A stretch of DNA of 64,000 nucleotides, taken from assembly GCA_008632985.1 (NCBI GenBank), contig QPGO01000199.1, positions 1 to 64,000 of the forward strand, in the 5' to 3' direction. Position 1 is the first letter of the stretch; every line of letters begins with the position of its first letter. The translations under genes were made by a program, and so were the position numbers. This document shows positions 49,333-62,849 of the stretch, piece by piece. Source of the DNA: Psammoneis japonica. Lineage: Eukaryota. The notes beneath the pieces are model-generated. The model was not told the origin of the DNA and did not search any database. It saw only the letters and a program-made list of their open reading frames with translations.

Positions 49333-52300
49333 CTCCCCAGTTTGCTTGAGGAGCCACAGAAACAGATTCGACTTCGGATGAAATGAAGTTCCAGAACATG
49401 AGGGGGTGGAGAAGGTCCCAAATTTGGGAGCAACCCCAATGCTTGCTGAGAATGTCAGCAGGGTTGCGGGAGCCTTCGATGAAGTGGAACTCAAGGCAAC
49501 CAGAGGCAATTGCCTCACGCACACGGTGGAACGACAGTGCGGTGTGTCGCTTGTGTAACTTGGAGTGCGGGATGGTGGCACTGTCTGCAACCAACTTGTT
49601 GTCACCGAACATGCAACTGACATTACGGATCGGGACGCCAAGGCAGCGCAGGGTGATGCGCAGGTCGACAATCTGCTCAACACAAGTCCTTGCGGCAACA
49701 AATTCAGACCCGCAGGTCGCAGTCTCCACGGTGGCTTGTTTCTTAGAGAACCAATCAGCCGGGAATTTGTTGAGGAAGTGGAGCATTCCCATGACAGAGC
49801 GTCCGGTGAGCATGCAATGGTGCAAGTTTGCATCGACGTAGTGGGTGGCAGTGATGAACTTGCCAAGGGGCGGTGGAGCGTCCTTCGGGATCATCTCTTC
49901 TGCTTCACCACACACGGAATGCATCCATTCACAGGCCGGAGCAGGGAGATCCGAACAGTCGGGCTCTTCCGTGCGAACGCGGAGAGCACCGTGTCGCATC
50001 TTGGAGAGGTGCCCACAGACGCGTTTGGCACGATCCAAGTGGCCTTGACGGGGCGCAGCTCGGAAGCTAGAGAGTGACATGACGGCCGTGGTGATGTCAA
50101 TTCGACCAAGGGACACTGCCCATTGGAGCAAACCAACAAGAGACTGGAACTTGTGAATGCCATCGGGTCCCAGCAGTTTGGAAGTGTCCAGTTCGGGGTG
50201 GTCACCCTTCTCTAGAGGTGACAGGGTGTTGGCGGTGGGTTTCTCCCCAAACAGTCGGGCGCAGCTGTCGACCATGCGCTCGATGTACTTGCGCGGAGAC
50301 AGGCACAAGGTTCCGTCGGGGTCCCGGGAAAAGTCGCAACCCAGATGGAACTCAATGGGTCCCGCACCCTTGAGCTTGAACTTGTGCTTTTCCGTGAGAG
50401 TGTCGACGAAAGATTGAGGGTCCTTCATGGCAATGGCGAGGTCATCCACATGAACGGCAATGCATTCACAGTGGTCGCCGTTCCTGTGCATCCAAATGTC
50501 GGGTTCGGCGCTGCAGGGGAAGAAGCCTTCAGCTCGCAGGCAGTCGGCGAAGCGTTCGTGCCAGCGGAGACCGGAGCTGCACAGTCCATGCAGTGCCTTG
50601 TGGATGACAAGGATGTGTCCTTCGAGTTTGCCAAATTCGGGTCCAGCTGCAATGCAAAGCTTCTCCTTGGTGGTGGCTTCAAGGTGGGCATTGCCAATGT
50701 CGGTGGCCCATGTCTCCAACTCGTTGAGTTCGGCCAGGAAAATCATCAGCCGAAGGCCACAGAGGGAGACTGCTCCGGAGCAGACACTGTCGACAGGTGC
50801 GTCCGTGAGGTGCCCGTCGGCTACGAGTCGTGCCTTGTGGCGACCGTCGTGTTTCACGTCGTGCACTGGGTGCACTCGGATCTTCTTGTGTCCCGCAGGA
50901 GGAGTGGAAGACTTGAAGGGCCCGCAGTCATGGAAGACTTCGCATTCGTCGAGTTGGTCCATCTCGAGATTAGTTGCGTCTCCCCACTTGCGGTTGCTGT
51001 TGCGTTCGTCTGGTGACATGGCGTGTTTGTGGTTCCAGGGAACTTCGCATCCGCACTTGCAGCGAGGTGCAGTGCGGAAGGAGCGAAGCTTGGCTTGGTT
51101 GGCCATGCGAAATAGCTTCTTTTGGCGCCTCGCGATGGTGCGGAACCGCTTCCAGCCATCCGTGTCGAGGAGTCTGTTCTCTCGTGCATAGATGGCACAG
51201 GTGACGGGGTCGTCCTTGGCGATGATGGCAAGAGGCTCGGACGTGATCTCCCCACTTTCCCATTCAAGCATGATGTTGTAGCTTGAGCCTTTCCAGGTTG
51301 GGTCGTGAGGCTTCAGAGGTCCTTCGTGTGACACGATGCGTCGAAATTTCCAAACAGTGGTGTCTTCGTCTTCTTGCTCAATGTGATTCATGATGTCATT
51401 GCAGGCAAGGACTTCCTCGCATTCGTCATTGTTGACAGAGCAGACGAACTTGGTGAGCTCGGGATTGCCGTTCACTTTCCATTCGTGGTCTTCGACGGCC
51501 TTGACGATGCGAGCTCTGTGGCGTTGTCCGTCCTCTTGTGGCTGCATGAGGAAGGCACGTCCAATGATGTCTTGCGGATCGAAAGCTGGCATCTTGGGTG
51601 TCCTGATCTCCCCATCAGGAGAATCGACGGGGTTGTCGTCATGGCGAGATTTGATGATGGGTTCAGGTGGCTCCCCATCAGGAGGATCAAGACGCAGGTT
51701 TCGAACGGCAGGATCGGGGGCAGCGGAGCAGACGTTGGACCGGCAGAGGATCTTCTGAGTGTCATCAGATAGAATCTTGAAGGTCATCTGGTGGCCGACG
51801 TGCTCAGCAATGCCAACGAAGCGTCCATGCAACTCATGGGATTCGGACGGCCAATCGGAGTTATCGAGGTGGAAGCACACGGGTTCCCACCAGTGAAAGC
51901 GAAGCAATGGGCTGATGTCCGGGGTGGAGCCAGTGAGAGTCTCGAGGGGCGTGCGCCAGTGGAGACGTGGGGACGCTGTGTGGTTGAGTGTGAAGCACAC
52001 GCACATGAGCGCCAGCAGCCATGTGTGGGCGGGCGAACCAAAACGATCCATGACAGTGTTCGCCATGCGCTTCACGGTCTGGTGTCGACGCTCGGCAAAG
52101 TTTTGGTGTTGCTGGTGAGGCTCACTTTGCCAGCTGGAGATGAAGAGGGCGCGCAGGATCCCGAGCACTTTGTTGCTGATCTCAACCTGAGCACGGTCGC
52201 CAATGAGTTTGGACGGGGCACCACGTTCACGGATCTGATCCTCGAGTGTGTTGACAAACTCCTTGTCCGTCTCAGTGCCGCAGACGTCAGTGATGGTAGA

Positions 52301-54951
52301 CTCGGTGCCAACAAACAGTTGGGCGCTGGTGCAACCAGAGTCGACAGCCGGGGTGTCGGCACAAACGGTGTCAGTGGCGACAGGCTCGTTGCGGCGGTGC
52401 ACATCAAGGGCGGGGTTGGGTGATTTGCAGGCCTTGCGAAGGTGTGCACCGGCGGGCATGCGGGCGTGCTGCGTGGTGCAGGCAGGAAGCCAAAGCAAGG
52501 CCGAAGAGACTCGAAGGGGGGGTCCTTGGGCTGCACAGTGCGCTCCGGAGGTGGAACGTCATCGCCCTTGGGGTCAATCGCATGCAGATGACACTCGTAG
52601 AACACGTCGTCGTTCGGAATGAGGTGATCATCGAGGGCGGACGCGTGATCGGCAGACAAGGAAGCGGACATGATGGTCTCGTTGACAACGACACGATGAC
52701 GGCAGTTGCCGTGTTCGTCAAATGGGTTGGCAGTGGGATCGTCCTGCAGGTCAGAGATCGCGTCGCACCACTGGTCGTCGTCAGTGACAGAGTGATCGAG
52801 GACGGAAGGGTCCCATGTGTCATCACTGGTGAGGATGACATGGGGCAGGGTGTCCCATTCGGTGTCAGTGTGAGGTCGCATGGCAACATGAGGCAGGCCA
52901 GCCTTGATGTCAATGGGGGTGACATGGCCATCAGGAGCGGCAACACGTTGCAAGCCGTTGGGCACCTTGACAGAGCGATCGTTGACATCCTGTTTGCACC
53001 ATTCGAGCTGGCCGCAGGAATGGATGGTCTTGCCCTTGCCCGTGTGTGCGCACTGATGGAGGATGGCAATGACGGGACCACGCTGGGTCTCAATGACGGC
53101 ACCAGCGGTGACAATGGGGATGTCCACCAATTGATGATCGGCAATGCCCTGAACGTCGACTTGGCGAGAGGTGCGTGCAATGACGCGAACGTCGTTGCCA
53201 GCAATGCCGCCGTTGGCCCCACGATCAACTGGAGCGCCAGTGCGTGTGGAGCGATGAGCAGAGGCAGAGCAAATGACATTGTGGTTGTTGACGCGGCGGC
53301 AAGTGCGGCCGTTGAGTTCCATGTCATCTGCAGAAGCTGGCGGGGTAGAGGAAGTGGCGGATGGCCCCGGTCGACTGGCACTGGGGGCTTGGTTAGGAGA
53401 CAACAGACGTCGCAGATCACCGGGTGGCAGTGGCTTGCGCTTGGTGAGGTGCGCCAGGATGGGATCATCCGAAGTGGCGTCCACATGTGGAGCAGAGTCA
53501 CCAGAGTCAGCAGGAGTCGTGTTGGACAAGTGGACATCACCGTCACTCCCAAGGCGTTGGTCGTGAAGGTTGGCCGTAACAGACTCATGGTGGTCACTGG
53601 CTCGCGGGTTGCAGGGAGGCGGACGAGAATGTGCAAGGATGATCGCCTTGGAGGAATCGGGCAACGAATCCCAGAGCCATTGGTGGTCGGGAGGGAGACG
53701 TCTCCATTGGTCACCGGTGAGGCTGGGACCGCGGGTGCAGGCAGCATTGGCCTGAAGGACGTCAATGTCGCTGTCAATGTCGTAGAACACATCGTCGGAC
53801 GGTTCCTCGGAGCAGACGTCGTGTGCGCATGTGGCGCGTTGGGGAGCTCGAGGTGTCGTCTTGGGTTGAAACGCACTGCTGCACTGAGCTGCCGCGGAGA
53901 GGAGCAAGCCACAGTGTTGATTGCATGTGAGGCTCTTGCCACTCTGCGTGCGATGCTGATCAGCTTGGTTCTTGACAGCACAGAGTTCCTCGACAGGGTG
54001 CACGGCATTCTCGAGCATGACGCGCTTCTGTCCTTCAGAGAAGTGGTCACTGGCCGGGATGAGTGCCTCGCACTTGCGCAACTGATCTTGCCAATGAAGG
54101 ATGAACCCATGGGTCGGACCTTTCCAAGTGCCATCACCAAGACGTGCGGTGGTGAGGTGTGTGAGCAGGGTGGAGGACTCGATGGATGCGCGGGTGGAGG
54201 CAAGCGCGTGCTCAGACAAGGCGCGGCAGACGGTCTGTGCGTCAGAAGACCCCACATTTTCGCGAATGAGAGCCTTGCCCTTGTCGGTGAGAAGGATGCG
54301 TTCGAAGACGGCGAACATGTGCTTTTGCTGTTTAGCAAAGAGCAGTTTGTCTTCGGGGCTGGTTGGTTTGTACGACGAGTCTAGAATGCACTCGACGTCT
54401 TGGGCGCGGACTTGTGCCACAAGTGAGGTGTGCCAAGTGTGCCACTGCTTGTCGGATTTGAGAGCCGTGAAAGCGGTGGGATCGCGCTTGATGCCTCGCT
54501 TGAAGTCCCGCACCGGGTCGCGTGCCTTGGTCGGGTTGGTGACATGCGGGGGTGCAAGGGGTGAGCTGCCGATGGACACAGAAGACATGCAGTCGGGGCT
54601 GAGGCGGCAGGCAAGGAACTCGTCATGCGTGAACAAAGAGGAGTCGTTGGCAACGTCAAGACCTTTGTGTGCTTTGACAATGTGCAGACTGACCAGTGCT
54701 GCCAACATGTTCTTATAACCACGGGGCAAAGGGATCACATTAGTGCCGTTGTCGTGCTCAAGCGAGTCGATTTGGGACGGCATGAACGTGAACAGTTCCT
54801 GATGCGAGTCCGTGCCGTCTTGGGCCAAAGCCAAACGAAGAGGACTCCCAGCACCTTGGGCAAGCACGGTTCCAACAACGTGCTCGAAACCATCGGTTTG
54901 TTGCTGACGAGTGAGAACCATGGTGGACAAAAGTGGTGTCAGGACAATCAA
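49280..54951 (-). pseudogene. Copia gag-pol polyprotein (frameshift/deletion near 52490; RT YVDD changed to HVDD)
   Basis: DRGANGG protease; VATDTV / SEPHQQHQNFAERR integrase; HKARLVADGH and HVDDLAI RT; YVDANL, ETATCGSEFVAAR, NPADILSK RNase H. Confidence 0.93.
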
Positions 54952-55792
54952 TGCTGGTTGGGAAGCGAAGGCAGACTCGAAACTTGGGTGAGAATGGACT
55001 TGACTTGAAGTGGACTTGACTTGAAATCTTGAGCTGTCTTAAAATCAGAAGTCGCCGGGCTTTGCTGTCCCGTTCGTTGTTGGGTGCTAAACTTCCCATC
55101 CGGTCCGCAGAGTTGTGCCGGCACGTCCGAACCCGCAGCTGGCGGCGCTTTGGGTTGCTTGCGAGCGGAGCAGCGGTTGGATTTCCCGATCAGGCTGGCC
55201 AGTTGACGCAGGCGTCAGGCACTGTGGACGAACGAACAAATGCGGGAAAGCACCCTCGCCCCAACGCAGGCTGCAATCACGGCTGCTTGCTCTCACAGTC
55301 GTCCTCGTGGACCTAGCAGAACTGCAGAGCACCAGCAGTCCGGGGTGGATCAGGTGCAATGGACTCGGTGTGCTTGCAGAGTGGTGGCAAAACCGCAGTC
55401 CGAAGAGTGGGTAAAGGTTCTTGGCCGTGAAGACATGCATGTGCACACACATGTCTTCAGCGACTAAGATCCTTGAACATGTGGGGTTCTTGACCGTTAA
55501 CCGAGGAACAGGTGTGTCAAGGGATGTTGATCAAGGACAGACTTGGATGTGACCGTTGAACACATGTCTTCAGCGATCAAAGGCAGCATGATCAATCCAG
55601 ACATCCAGCGGCAAGGAGACTTGACGGTGACGTTAACTTCCTGCCGATGCCCTGGTGTTGAATGCGCGTAGACTTGCCGATGTATGTAGAACATGTGCGG
55701 AGGTCCACGCAGGATTGAAGTGGCGTCGTTGGTAAATCAACGACGACGATGGCGGTTGCTCAATGGGTTGACAATGACCAAGACTGTTGGTC

Positions 55793-56068
55793 TGACAGAA
55801 ATTGAAGGCAAATGGCAAGAATTCAAACAATGACTCCTTGCTGCTGTCTAAACAGCAGATGAGTCTCCGCTCAGAGACCGTCACAGGAGCCGAAAGACGT
55901 GCAAGTCGGTACAATCGGGCTACTGCCATTATTCTTGTGAGCCTTGTGGCTCGAAAGCAAACTACATCGCGCGTGAACGCGCGGAACTAAAGCACACAAA
56001 ACTGTGCGCGGTAAACTAAACAGCGCGCGATGCTTCGCGCGCACCCAAATCCTGTTCAAATCCTGTCA
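55793..56068 (-). repeat. 5' LTR of the Copia element
   Basis: Direct repeat of 49057-49332. Confidence 0.95.
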
Positions 56069-59059
56069 GCAATCACTTGTGTTTGTCAAGGGTTTGTTTG
56101 GAGGATGATCCTTTTGTGATTGCAAAGTCATCAACAAGAGGCAAAATGAGGTTGGAGTTTCTAATCACTTTGACACTGGTTGTCTCATTGAGGCTTGTGG
56201 CTCATGCTTGCACCGGGGCAAAAGTTTCTTCTTTGCAGGGTTGTGACTTCAAGAACCCTTCATGGGGGCTGTTTCATGGTTTGATGGGAGCCAGTGAGGA
56301 GATTGTTTTTGCACCATGAGACAACCCAAATGAAGGACACTGGTCATTGCATGTTGTTGTCAACTTCAACAGCTGTTGTGGGCCACAGCATGAGATTCAT
56401 CTTGTCCAAAGGCATGTGTTTGGGTGTGCTTGGCCAGGTGTCATGACAGCATGCTCATCTCCACATGGAGTGCTTGTCTTTGACCAAGTGGCGTGCTCCT
56501 GCGGTTCTTTGCATTGCACATCCTTGCAGCAGGCCCTGATGCTGTGAGAAAATCCCTTGTCCATTGAGGCTGTCATTTGCTTGCTGGACAGAGGGTGCAT
56601 TTCAAGGACAAACGGCTGGGCAGGTTGAACCTGGGAAGCCACCTGATGATGTCCTTTGTGTCATTTTGGATGCTGGCTCTTGTTTTTTTTAGGTGTGCCA
56701 CAAGCTTGGGATTTTCTGTGTTGTGCTTGGAAGGAGAATGTTGATCAGAGAGCTGCTGGGGTTGAGGATGGCAAGCACATGGGCTCTGCCATGTTCTTCC
56801 TTGACTTTGGGCTCAGACTGGTGGCGCAGACTGCTTTGTCAGCTGCAGGGGATGGTTGGCTTGCCAGACAAACTGCACAGTGCCATTGACGTGACAAATG
56901 GATTGAACACCTCAAAGCTCATCCTTGTCCAGCAGGGCCAACAGTTGAAGATGTTGAGTTTCTGCATTGGTGGACCATGACAACAAGAATCTTGCCATTG
57001 TGCGCTGGCACATGATGGACTGAGAAGCTGACAAAGGCGTTTGCACCAGACACACCTTGGCTGACATTTTTTGTGGTGCTTTGAATGGCAAGAAGCTTGT
57101 GTGCCCACAATGTGTCAAGTGCTTGCAGCACTGCCTTTGCAACAAACTGGCAATTTGGCCCTTTTTGACAAGCTCCACATCATGTGGAGCTCTCATTTTC
57201 ATGTTGCTTCCACATGGAAGCTCGCCAGACCATGCAGGCCGCCAGTGGCTGTTTTGAAATGGTTGTCCGGCCCCTTTTTGTAAAGACTGTTCAGAGAAAA
57301 CATGTTTTTGATGATGTTCTTCAATGTCTGGAATCAGGGTGTTCTCATGGCAGCTGTGTGGATGTTGGCATTGAATGTGTGCATGTCCACATGAGCCTGT
57401 CCACCACCAAAAAAATGTTTGTGCTCTGAAGAAACATTTTGTCTCAACTGTGATTGGAGCTTGGCAGATCAGACAAATGCCGCCAGTTTTCCTCAAATTT
57501 GAACAAATTTCAACGCTTGTTTGAGGGCACCTGTGCCCCAGCTTTGGAAAGATGTGCCTTGATGGCCAACAAATGATGCAGCCTTTGGCGCGGCATGCAC
57601 ACCTGAAATGACAGAGGGCCCACAGGGCACAGAGTGTGCAAAGTTGACATTCAACCATGGCAAAGTTGACACACCTGCTTTTCTTTTTTTGTGTGAACCC
57701 ATGTGCCACAATGGCAATGCAGAGCCAACACACAAAGCATCTTTGTGGTCTGGGGACTCCATTGCATGGCATGCATGGTTGCAAAATGGACAAAAATGCC
57801 TTGAAAATTGAGTCGAACATTGTGCCCACATTCCAAACTGCTCCACACTCTGTGTTTCAAACTGCTGACCACCATGAACAGACACAGTGCCCAGCATGAT
57901 GAACAAGCTCATGCCAACAAACTGCAAGAGCATGGCTGCATCAATCATGGTCAAGAGGTGTCCAACATTCCCAATGCCTTCCTCATGTTGCAAGCCATGG
58001 GCAAGTGCAAAAACAAGGGGAGGTGCTGAAAGCAGCGCAGCTGCAGTGCATGGCAGACTGCTGCAGTGACACCCTGACAATGGTTTTGCTTGAACAGCCA
58101 GTGGGCGGTGCACTCATTTTGTGAAGTCTCTTCCTCTGATGCAGTGAAATCTGAGAGCAGCAATGACAAGCAATGCTCGCTGCACAATGATTGTGTGTGA
58201 CACCTCATTGTCATTGCCCACACATGCTTGAAGAGGACAAGGATGAACTCTGGGAACAACCCACTCAGCTGGCCAAGCAGCACACCACCCAAGTGAGTTT
58301 GTTTCATGCAACAGAGTGGTGATTGCCAAAGAAGACAAAGCACAAGTGCAGCTGATCCTGCCATGCGCTGATCTGGAACATTTTTTGCCATTCTTTCTTT
58401 GAGAGGAGAGTGCCAAGACAAGCAAAACCAAAAGACAACATTTGCAACAGACATGCAGTGTTTTGCAGACCACAATGTCATTGTGAAGTGTGCTGTGCAC
58501 ATGACAACATGATGCTTGCTTTGCAGTTCAATTGTGTCAACAAGCTTTTGACTGATGAAAGATTTGCAGTTTCGCCAAGTGGGCACAAACAAAAACTCTG
58601 GGCAACCATGCTGCTGCATGACAACACAAACAAGGGATCACATGAAGAAAACAAATGCCATGCATGAACAGACTGTGTGCTCTGCAATGACAGAGAGACA
58701 ATCCAATGACATGCGGTCATGATCCATTTTCACATGAGATTTCTCCCTGTTCTTGGGCTTGGAGTTTGGAAAGCAATTCAACCTTCTTTTCCAAGTTCTG
58801 ACATTTGTTTTTCACATCCACACCAGAGCCAACTAAGAGCAATGTTGTGAACCAGGAGATTGCTCTTGATCTGACTCCAGCTTCATTTGCCATGTTTCTT
58901 CAAGGCATGATGCAATGCCTGAGTCTCCTCATCAGCCCATTGAAAGCAGCACTCCCCCCCCCCCCACACACACACACACACATGCACACCACACACACCT
59001 CCTGGACCAGTTGGTTGCATCCCACCCACCACCTTGCCCTCTCCTCACAAGCAGGAGTT

Positions 59060-60700
59060 TAGACCTTGGAATGTTCTGGAGCAGTGCTGAGCTTCACACC
59101 CTCCTCCAATTCTTCCTCCTCCTCCAATGTGCAGCTGAGCCCCAGTGCTCATGCAGTTGGCTTTGGGGTCATGGCTGTGTGTTGCTCATCAATGGGGCTG
59201 GGCCAGCTGGGTGACCAGGAAGGAAATTGCACAGACAGAGTGGGAGTGGCAGACAACTCCTCTCTGACAGATGCTGGTTTGTGGGACAACAGAAGGGTGT
59301 GAGCAGGGAGGGGCTGGGGCTGGGCAGCAAGGTGCTGCAAAAACTCACAACAATTGCAATGGGCTTCTGTGGCATCTGGGAAGGGGGAGTGCCACACAGT
59401 GTGGGAACTGGGGTGTCGGGATCAAAGCTGCAGCAGACATTGGAGACAAGGAGATGGGGCAAAGAGGAGATGGCACAGCAGATGTGGTGGAGGGTGCTCT
59501 TGGTCTGAGATGGACAAACGGTCATGATCAGTGTGGAGCAAGGAAGCTTTTTGTGCAAGGCAAGTGCAGACAAAGTCAGCGCTGCCCTGACAGGCTGGCC
59601 AAGGAAGTGGAGGCCAGCTGCAACTTCTGGTGAAAGCAGAGGGTTGGCAGCGGGGTTGAGGAAGGCAAGTGCCTTGTGCAAGGCATCTGTGCTGTCAGGC
59701 AGGGGACAGTCTTGGAGTGGGCTAGAACCAGAGATGGAGGTTGGGATGCACATCTTCAAGCAATTGAGTTTTGTGCCATGCTGTGGGCCAATCTGGGTGA
59801 GCTGCAGAAAGAACCATGGCAGCTTGGCATGCAGCAGCCAGACACTGGCATCATTTGATGATGGGAAAACAGCAGAAGTTGTTTGAGGAAAGCAACCTGG
59901 CTTCCAGCTGCAGCAAGACACTCCATTTGTCAGAGTTGTCACAATGCCAACATGTGTTGGGAGAGGCACAGCAGAGGTCAAGTGAAGAGAGGCACCAGAG
60001 AGTGCGGGGTTCTGCACAACAAGCGGGGTTGGCGTTTGGCATCAAGAGCCTCTCTGTGGCATTCAATGTTGGTGTGGGTGGTGCGGATGAGGCAGCCAAG
60101 GCCACCTTTGATGCCGGCCCTGAATTGGCCATCTGGGAGGAGGCAGTGGGTGAGGGCAGGAGCCTTCAGAGTGAGAGAGCCTGTGACACATTGGATGTCA
60201 GTGTTGCCACAGCCAATGGGCCATGGCTTCTTGAGGTTTGTTTGGTCTTTGTGTGGTGTGACATGGATGGAGCAACTGCTGGCTGGCAGAGGGGTGGGCA
60301 GATTTCATCAGAGGGGCCAAACTGGCTTGGGCCAGGAGAGTGAACTGCTTCTTGAGTGTTTTGAAGCATGTGGGCCTCATTTGAGTCTTGGGGGGTGCAA
60401 AGACTTTAAAGAAGGTGCAGGCCTTGAGTGGGTTGACGGAGTTGACACCAAGGATTGGCAGCAGTGCCCAGCTTCTTGCAGCAGCACTTGCAGCCAAGAG
60501 CTGCCAGGAGCTGCTTGTGTCCATCTGTTGCCTCAGAGGTGGGGGGGCTGGAGGAGGGGTGGGGTGGGGTGGCAGGCATTGTGTGTGGTGGTTTTTGAAG
60601 TGCAGGCAATTCAGGGTGGGCACAGCAATTGTGTGATGGGACTGTGGTGTGAATGGGGCATCATGGCATGGCTGTGATGTGGGCATCAACAAGCAAAGAG
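59060..60700 (-). mobile_element. Decayed non-LTR retrotransposon (CRE-like RT) fragment
   Basis: GLHFLGQPV...QTKSTL...LPHLL segment; partly homologous to 62850-63950; limits approximate. Confidence 0.6.
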
Positions 60701-60739
60701 CAAACTGACAGAAAGATGTTCACTGCAATTTCCCATGAT

Positions 60740-62830
60740 GCACGCAGATGAATGAATGTGGCATCACACATGCCACTGCAGGGGTGCCTGCTGCAACGGA
60801 GATGAAGCTTTCTGTTGTGTGTCAATCCTGATGTTGGCCAGAGTTGACTGTCAACTGTCACCTGTTTCTCATGATGTGTTTGGTGCTCCTCTTGGCCCTT
60901 CTGCCAACACAAAGCATTTCTTGAGAGCAGAGTTGTTGGGCATGCTGGTGTTTCTTCAACACGGGCCGATGATGTCATCGCCGTTCTGTCAAAGAAGAAG
61001 AGTCAGGCTGAGGGGCAGGAAGAACATCAAAGGTTTCTTGATGCTGCCAGGGCCAGCTCTCAGATGACAGCCAATGCCAGGACAAGCTGTTGGATGAGTG
61101 ATGCATCTTGGCAGAGGCAAGCTCGCTGATGAAGATGGGGAGCTTGTTGTTGAGCACAAATGCACCATTTTGCTCTGTCAGCAGGGAACCTGTTGATGAG
61201 TGCAATCACTTGTGTTTGTCAAGGATTTTGTTTGGAGGATGATCCTGTTGTGATTGCAAAGTCTCATCAATGAGGGGCAAAAATGAGGTTGGAGTTTCTG
61301 GCCACTTTGATGCCAGTTGTCTCATTGTGGCTCATGCTTGCTCTGGGGCAAAGGTTTCCTTTTGCAGGGCTCTGCAACTCCAACCCTGCATGGGCTTTTT
61401 TTGTGGACAACCCAATTAAACAAGGAGATCAGCCACCACATGTTGTTGTCAACTTTGGCAGCTGCTGTGGACTGGCATGGGACAATTCATGTTGTCTGAA
61501 GGTGGCACATGTTTTGATGTGCTTGGCTGGGTGTCATGACAGAGCACATGCTCATCTAAATGGAGTGCTTGTCTTTCTCCAAGTGTGCTCCTGTTTCTTG
61601 CATTGCACATCTTTGCAGCTGCCTTTGCTGCAAGCAAACCTCTTGTCCACTGAGGCAGCCACTTGCTTGGACAGCAAATGCATTTTGAGAACAAACGGCT
61701 GGGCAGACTGAGCCTGGGAAGCCACCTCCTGATGACATTTTTTGGACCCTGGTTCTTGTGCTTTTAAGGTGTGCAACAAGCCTGGGATTTTCTGTGATGT
61801 GTTTGGAAAGGAAAAGTCAACTGGAAAACTGGGGGAGGATGGCAGGTGCATGGGTTCTGTGGCATTCTTCTGCAAGTTTGGGCTTGGGTTGGTGGGCACT
61901 GCTTTGTCAGCACCATGAGTTGCCAGTGCGCAAGGCAGGGATGGCTGACTTGCCAGACAAAATGCACAGCACCATCATTTGATGTGACAAGTGGGTTGAA
62001 CACCTCAAAACTCATGCTTTTCCACCAGGGCTGACAGATGAAAATGCTGACTTTCTGTTTCAGTGGGCCAAGACAACAAAAATCTTGCTGTTGTGTGGGG
62101 TGCATGGGTTGAGAAGCTGACAAAGGCATTTGTGCCAGATGGGCCTCATTGGCTGGCATTTTTTGTGGTGTTTTCTGTGTGGCCAGAAGTTTGTGTGTCC
62201 ACAGTGTGCAAAGTGCTTGTGGCACTGCCTTTGCAATGAACTCTTCTCATCAGACCACACAGGCCAATGGCTGTTGCAAAGTGGTTGTCTGTCCCCCTTT
62301 CACAAAGTCTGTTGAGAAAACAGATGCTTTTGGTGCTCTTCAACTGGGGTGCTCTCATCACTGTTGCATGGATGACATTGGCATTGAATGTGCCCATGTC
62401 CACACAAGCCTGTTCACCACCAAAAAACATGTGCTCTGAAAAAACATGTTGTCTCAACTGTGATCAGAATTTCAAACTGCTGACTGTGACAAACCGACAT
62501 TGTGCTCTGTGCTCCAATTCAAACTGCTGACTGTGACAAACAGACACAGTGCCAAGCATGACAACAACAAACCACAAACTTTGTTGGCAGTCTTGCAAAC
62601 AAACTGCAAGAGTGTGGCTGCATGAGTGGCCATGATTGGGAGGAGCTCAATGTTTCTGAGGGTCTCATGTTGCAAGCTGTGGTTGATGAATGCAAAAATG
62701 AGGAGAAATGCTGAAAGAGATGCTGCTGCAGTGCGTGACAGACTGCTGCCATGACACCTTGACAATGGCTTGAAGAGCCAAAATGTGGTGCATTTCACAA
62801 AGAAGTCTCTTCCTCTGATGCAGAGAGGAA
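60740..62830 (+). repeat. Diverged duplicate of 48580-49056 + 56069-58150 lacking the Copia insertion
   Basis: Colinear blocks such as CTTCTGCCAACAC.AAGCATTTCTTGAGAGCAGAGTTGTTG; empty site GAGTGCAATCACTTGTG at about 61198-61214. Confidence 0.85.
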
Positions 62831-62849
62831 TCTGAGAGAGCAATGATGA

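Larger units (their letters stand above)
49057..56068 (-). mobile_element. Complete Ty1/Copia LTR retrotransposon (diatom CoDi-like), inactivated
   Basis: 276-bp LTRs TG...CA at 49057-49332 and 55793-56068; 5-bp TSD GCAAT; purine tract GGGGAG next to the 3' LTR; gag-PR-IN-RT-RH order. Confidence 0.96.

Noticed and set aside
52404..54384. Long alternative-frame and antisense ORFs (644 aa, 654 aa) overlapping Copia gag
   Set aside because: Explained by loss of TAA/TAG stops in TA-depleted DNA; no recognisable domains.
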